From Babesia bigemina (taxonomy: Eukaryota), in contig NC_027218.1 of assembly GCF_000981445.1 (NCBI RefSeq), positions 1,116,001-1,180,000 on the forward strand: 64,000 nt of DNA, read 5' to 3'. Shown one piece after another: positions 59,527 to 64,000 of this stretch. The first letter of the stretch is position 1; each line of letters opens with the position of its first letter. The notes beneath the pieces are model-generated. The model did no database searches and was not told the DNA's origin. It worked only from the letters and a program-made list of their open reading frames with translations. Position numbers and translations under genes: made by a program.

Positions 59527-59910
59527 TTAACTATAGAATGCGATGCAAAACGGTAATTTGCTGACGATATATTCGCGGAAGTTGTGAAACGCTCTAATGC
59601 GAAAGATGCATAAACCGAACAGGAGGATGAGGGCGATGATTACGATGATTATTATGGTAGCGATGTCAGCGGCGGCACGCCGTGCACGTTTACTTTCACA
59701 ACATGAACATACACAATTTGCTTCACATTCGGTTCTACATTTCGTATGGTTACATTCATTAATATCTCTGCTAGACACTTTATCTCGACATACTGGACAT
59801 TTATTTTCAGCAGCTTTGCACCAATCACAACACAACATACAGCATATACAATTATCTCGGCCACACTTTTTGCCGCTTTTAATACACTTACACGTCTCCT
59901 GATCACTCAT
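59527..59910 (-). CDS. Small Cys-rich single-pass membrane protein, copy 7 (127 aa)
   Basis: CICCMLCCDWC...CVCSCC, TM IATIIIIVIIALILLFGLCI, FRIRAFHNFR, tail LPFCIAFYS. Confidence 0.78.
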   Translation of the reverse strand: MSDQETCKCIKSGKKCGRDNCICCMLCCDWCKAAENKCPVCRDKVSSRDINECNHTKCRTECEANCVCSCCESKRARRAAADIATIIIIVIIALILLFGLCIFRIRAFHNFREYIVSKLPFCIAFYS

Positions 59911-60641
59911 CTTCACCTCTAGTTCTTTCCCTCAACCTACAAACCATGAAACACGTGCCTCAGCGGAGGACACCGACCGTCTCCCATTGACGCTCCAACC
60001 AATCGGGCTACCGCCACCCAGTGCACATTCAGTTACTTCAATAGTATGCCGCTGTCAAAACTGAAGTGCCACAGAGTTAACGCATGTGAGCGGTGTCCTC
60101 GCCGTGGCATGCAGGTCAACCGGTACCAGTTGAGCTGGCAACTTCATGCGTCACAGAGCACTCCACTTCGTAACTGCTATATGCGTCAATATGCTGGTAT
60201 TATAAGTACTGTATAGCAGACGTGCGGCACAAGATTGTCATGTTAGCCATTTACATTGTTGCCATCACTGCCACCTAACCACGCCGTCCACTGGCCACAT
60301 CACTGCTCCGGCTACATTCATTGCCTAGCAACAAAGATGTTAGCTATCTCACCAATAAACCACGCTCCATACTACGCCCTTTCAAATGTCACGGCACTCC
60401 TCAGCAGCCTACATCAGTAGCCTATTACCCATTATTGCTGCCCACTAAAACCAAGGGAGCACGTGGGCATGTTTCACAAGTAGCTGACAACTCAACATCC
60501 CAAACGACTAACATATCAATGCATGAATTACATCGACTGCCAGATTGCCGAGTAGGTATGAGGTAATATATTTGGGTGAGTGATAGGTTAGGCGGTGGGT
60601 TGCTAGGTAGTGGGTTAGGTGAGCGGTGGTGAGGTGGTCTA
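59911..60641. repeat. Conserved ves-downstream spacer, copy 4 (inverted)
   Basis: Reverse complement is homologous to 51585-52310. Confidence 0.88.
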
Positions 60642-63600
60642 TCAAGGTTGCAGATAGAATATTTTCCCCAGCTTGTTGACACGTGCCGCGGCGAGTAGTG
60701 ATTGAGCAGCTATGCGATGTGATGATGGTGAGTGTAGATGCGATTTGATGTGGAGCAGGTCGAGGCGGATGACCATGATGTGGATGAGGTACAACAGAGA
60801 GAGGAGCCAGAGGGCAACGTTAAGCCAGATAAAGGGGGCGCGGATGGTGAATAAATATTGCGGAATTGTGATATTGACTAATTTGGCAAGCACGGAATTT
60901 CCGTCGCATACATTTCGAAGCTGTAGGACAAACTCTTTACATGTCCTTTTCATTGTGTCTCCTTTACTGCCGCTTGCCAAAGTCGCACTTCCGAAATAAA
61001 ACCCATATTTGCACAAGGTTGGAAGCGTTGATGTGCAATCTACTATGGATTTGCACAGTGGATCGTGGGCTGAAGATGATGGATCTCGAGATATCGGACA
61101 ACTCCTAACACAGCTTTTGTCATAGCATTTGGAGCCCTTTGAACCGCATGATTTGTTGCAGTCTTCGTACAATTTCTTGAGCAGGTCATAAAACGTTTCT
61201 GTAAGGTAAACGACCCATGAAAGGTAATATCCGCTGTACTCTTTTGAATACAAGTCACGACTGAAGAGGCATAGTGGCCGCATATATGGACCACAAGGAC
61301 GGGCAGGAATATAGGTATTACTACAACTAATGAGAGAGTAAAGGTCACCTTTGAGGTGGTTGGCTGCATGATCAGTGCTCTTGAACATTGGAGTAATATC
61401 AAACCTTGTACTGGAATTTCCGAAATTGGCTTTGATAACTGCGTTGTTAAAGCCATCCTTTCGATGCGCGCCGCTGTCATTCCAATCACGTAGGAAACTA
61501 TAATAGAATGCGAACATCTCGCCTAATGTTCTGGGAGGCGTCCGCAATAGACACGTCAGATAACTACAAAGTTGGTTAAGTGGGGAATTTTTGTTGCCGC
61601 AGAAACTTCTTAGGACATCCTTAATACGCTGCCCGGTCTGTCTGTGAGATGCTACGGTACCAATGTCGGAGAAACCCATGGGCGTGATACATGGGATGCC
61701 GTTGTGGTTAGCCACACTGCATTCCAATTTGCATCCAAGTTTGGTGAAAGTGTGCGGTAGGAAGCCGGGTAGGCCGTCTTCCAAAAACGACTGCAAAGGT
61801 GACTTAATGCCGCAAGTGGGATGGGTTTTGCACCCTTTACCGCTAATACACTCCGTGCATTGAAGGTCATTGCACTGCCAATTGGATCCACCGACCCCTT
61901 TTCCATACCAGCAATCGCTCCACCCAGAAACCTTAGTTGTGTGACAACACTGCTCGTATAGAAAGGAGAGTTGGTGATTTAGTCTGAGCAATATCTCGAC
62001 GAGAAGATCAAAGCACGCACCAGGGTCACTGGGATAGGATAGATTACCTGGGTTAGTTTTGAAATTGCAGGCATAGATGCCACCAGCGTGGCCGTGGCTT
62101 AGTAAAGTGGTGAGGATGTCGTGTGATTGTACGGTCACAAGGCGGAGTGCTGATACCGTGTCTCTAGCCGACAATGGTGATGTGGCTTCTACTTTTAGGT
62201 CAACGAACGGTATCCTCGAGTATTCTGTACCTTTATGTTTCTCTGCTTTTTTGAACAAAGTCTTCATGTATTCTTTAAGTGGGTGGTAAGTAGGATTATA
62301 CTGCAAACCACTGAGCCAACAGAGCATCTGAAATGCGTTGTGAGGTGAAGTAGGGTTTTTTATATCTCTAAGGTGACAAACAGTATGGTAGTCTAGTAAG
62401 TTATTGTACAACTGCACGAGCGGGCCATCGTACAAAGCATTGTCGTCACCTGAGTGTAGTGATGCGAAAATATTGTAATTCTCGTAGAGTAAATCTATAA
62501 TTTGTTCGCCCTTCATTTTACTCCTGTTCTGTAATTCGGCATCTTGTGTGGATGCGCCGCTTGGCACTTTATAACCTCTCTGGCTGAAGAAATCGCCTAA
62601 TGGATTCAGGACTTTTCTGCTATCTTCCGAAGTCATCTCTAAATTTATTTGCTTGGCATTGGAGCCGCCTTCGCAGATTGTTTTTAGTTTGGTCAAGTCA
62701 CAATGCAGAATTTCAAAAATGGTTAAACATACCTTGGCGCACTTCTCTGAATTGCCATGAATTTCCCAGTTAAAAGTGTCTGTTGATCCAGAATACTTCG
62801 AGACATAGACGTTTTTGAGTTCTTCGACGAATGATATGAGGCCGGACTTTAGGACGTCAAGAAGGGGGTTGGACGACGTAGAGAAGAATTTCGAAGGGAA
62901 AAAGTTTTTAATAGCCTCATCTGCCTCGTGAACATTCTTAAGTATAACGTGATTAAATCTATTTAATATGCCGAGTGATTGCATCACATCGCCAACGTTC
63001 TTGTATATTGCGTATATACCAGAAACCTTTGAATCGTATAATGGAGACATGATTTGAGTAGACCGGTCTGACGAACCAACGCGTCCAGATGCTGAATTGA
63101 GATTAAGCTGGCCGATAACGTAATAGAAAATCTGTTCCAAATATGCCTTGAATTTAATAGATAAGTCTCCAACGTTATTCATATCTTTCAGCTCAGCAAT
63201 CTTATTACCAGTGCTTGAAATACTTTGACTATTTGCTGCAACTCCACTCACCGTCTTAAGCAGGCCTTTTAAGTCCGTTTTCAAGTCTTCTCCAATTAGT
63301 CTTTCAATTTTGATTTTCTGTTCTGTAATGCACCTTACCAGCGCTTGGTATTGTGCATTGTTGGATGATGCGTATTGCGATTGCACGTTCCCCTTAATCG
63401 TTTCGAAAGCCTGGGTAATGGCATCCTGACATTTATTGCCAAGTTGACGGATAAATCCCGCTGCTGATTCATGAGCCTGATTTAATACATGTTTAGTCTC
63501 GGCTATGAAGCTCTCCTTTTTTTCTTCACCGCTTTTTCGTAACTGTTCTTTGTATCCCTGAACCGATTTCGTAAATACGGCGATCAGCGCTTCGGTGCCT

Positions 63601-64000
63601 GTTTCCTCTGTTTCTCTAACTGTATTGGGTAGACCTTCAAGTAACGCAAGACTTTTGTTTAATTCAGATACAACTGTATTAAGTCTATGCCTAACCTGAT
63701 CGAATTGTCTTCCTGCTAGAATTACTGCATCTCTCAAAGCACTGAATTTATTATATAACCCCTTTCTATAATCATCTTGCAGTGTCGTATGGAGTTTGTT
63801 AGCCTTCTCCATGGTTTCTAATAGCTTACTATCCGCATCAGTCACTTCCCTAATGACGGAAGCGATGCTTGTGGTAAGTTGTTGCATCTGAGTTGGTAGG
63901 GTGTCTACAACTTGGTTCAAAATTCCATCGGCGGTAATGATACCGCGGTAAGCGCCTGCAAGCGATAATACACTGTCACTTACGGCGGTGATGGCTCCAT
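60642..64000 (-). CDS. ves1-like variant erythrocyte surface antigen, 5' end outside the window
   Basis: Frame stays open to the window edge. SPLQSFLEDGLPGFLPH, TM and RLDLLHIKSHLHSPSSHR...YLQP are present. Confidence 0.9.
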   Translation of the reverse strand, partial: GAITAVSDSVLSLAGAYRGIITADGILNQVVDTLPTQMQQLTTSIASVIREVTDADSKLLETMEKANKLHTTLQDDYRKGLYNKFSALRDAVILAGRQFDQVRHRLNTVVSELNKSLALLEGLPNTVRETEETGTEALIAVFTKSVQGYKEQLRKSGEEKKESFIAETKHVLNQAHESAAGFIRQLGNKCQDAITQAFETIKGNVQSQYASSNNAQYQALVRCITEQKIKIERLIGEDLKTDLKGLLKTVSGVAANSQSISSTGNKIAELKDMNNVGDLSIKFKAYLEQIFYYVIGQLNLNSASGRVGSSDRSTQIMSPLYDSKVSGIYAIYKNVGDVMQSLGILNRFNHVILKNVHEADEAIKNFFPSKFFSTSSNPLLDVLKSGLISFVEELKNVYVSKYSGSTDTFNWEIHGNSEKCAKVCLTIFEILHCDLTKLKTICEGGSNAKQINLEMTSEDSRKVLNPLGDFFSQRGYKVPSGASTQDAELQNRSKMKGEQIIDLLYENYNIFASLHSGDDNALYDGPLVQLYNNLLDYHTVCHLRDIKNPTSPHNAFQMLCWLSGLQYNPTYHPLKEYMKTLFKKAEKHKGTEYSRIPFVDLKVEATSPLSARDTVSALRLVTVQSHDILTTLLSHGHAGGIYACNFKTNPGNLSYPSDPGACFDLLVEILLRLNHQLSFLYEQCCHTTKVSGWSDCWYGKGVGGSNWQCNDLQCTECISGKGCKTHPTCGIKSPLQSFLEDGLPGFLPHTFTKLGCKLECSVANHNGIPCITPMGFSDIGTVASHRQTGQRIKDVLRSFCGNKNSPLNQLCSYLTCLLRTPPRTLGEMFAFYYSFLRDWNDSGAHRKDGFNNAVIKANFGNSSTRFDITPMFKSTDHAANHLKGDLYSLISCSNTYIPARPCGPYMRPLCLFSRDLYSKEYSGYYLSWVVYLTETFYDLLKKLYEDCNKSCGSKGSKCYDKSCVRSCPISRDPSSSAHDPLCKSIVDCTSTLPTLCKYGFYFGSATLASGSKGDTMKRTCKEFVLQLRNVCDGNSVLAKLVNITIPQYLFTIRAPFIWLNVALWLLSLLYLIHIMVIRLDLLHIKSHLHSPSSHRIAAQSLLAAARVNKLGKIFYLQP

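Overview
Eukaryotic piroplasm DNA, most consistent with Babesia of the B. ovata/B. bigemina clade. This rests on short ~35-45 nt GT-AG introns, an apicoplast-type HU gene, and ves-family genes starting MAPKKLTDCPENLRE and ending HIKSHLHSPSSHRIAAQSLLAAAR...YLQP. Housekeeping blocks (CCT3, alpha-tubulin, RPL32, TBC protein, AP-4 epsilon, SPC3, prefoldin 4, HU, tRNA-Ser) alternate with variant-antigen islands. The islands hold four large intronless ves1-like genes, one short ves2-like gene and one ves1a-type pseudogene fragment. The most notable structure is a stereotyped cassette: [~1.1 kb conserved block with a decayed, divergently oriented coding relic and a conserved 5'-UTR intron] - [ves1-like gene] - [C-rich/G-rich tail and ~0.7 kb conserved spacer with a TGCATGC motif] - [small Cys-rich single-pass membrane protein gene]. 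Seven members of this small Cys-rich family occur in the window, all inside ves islands. An 86-aa three-exon mitochondrial-type microprotein missed by the ORF track was also reconstructed. All family assignments come from motif recognition by eye; no database searches were run.
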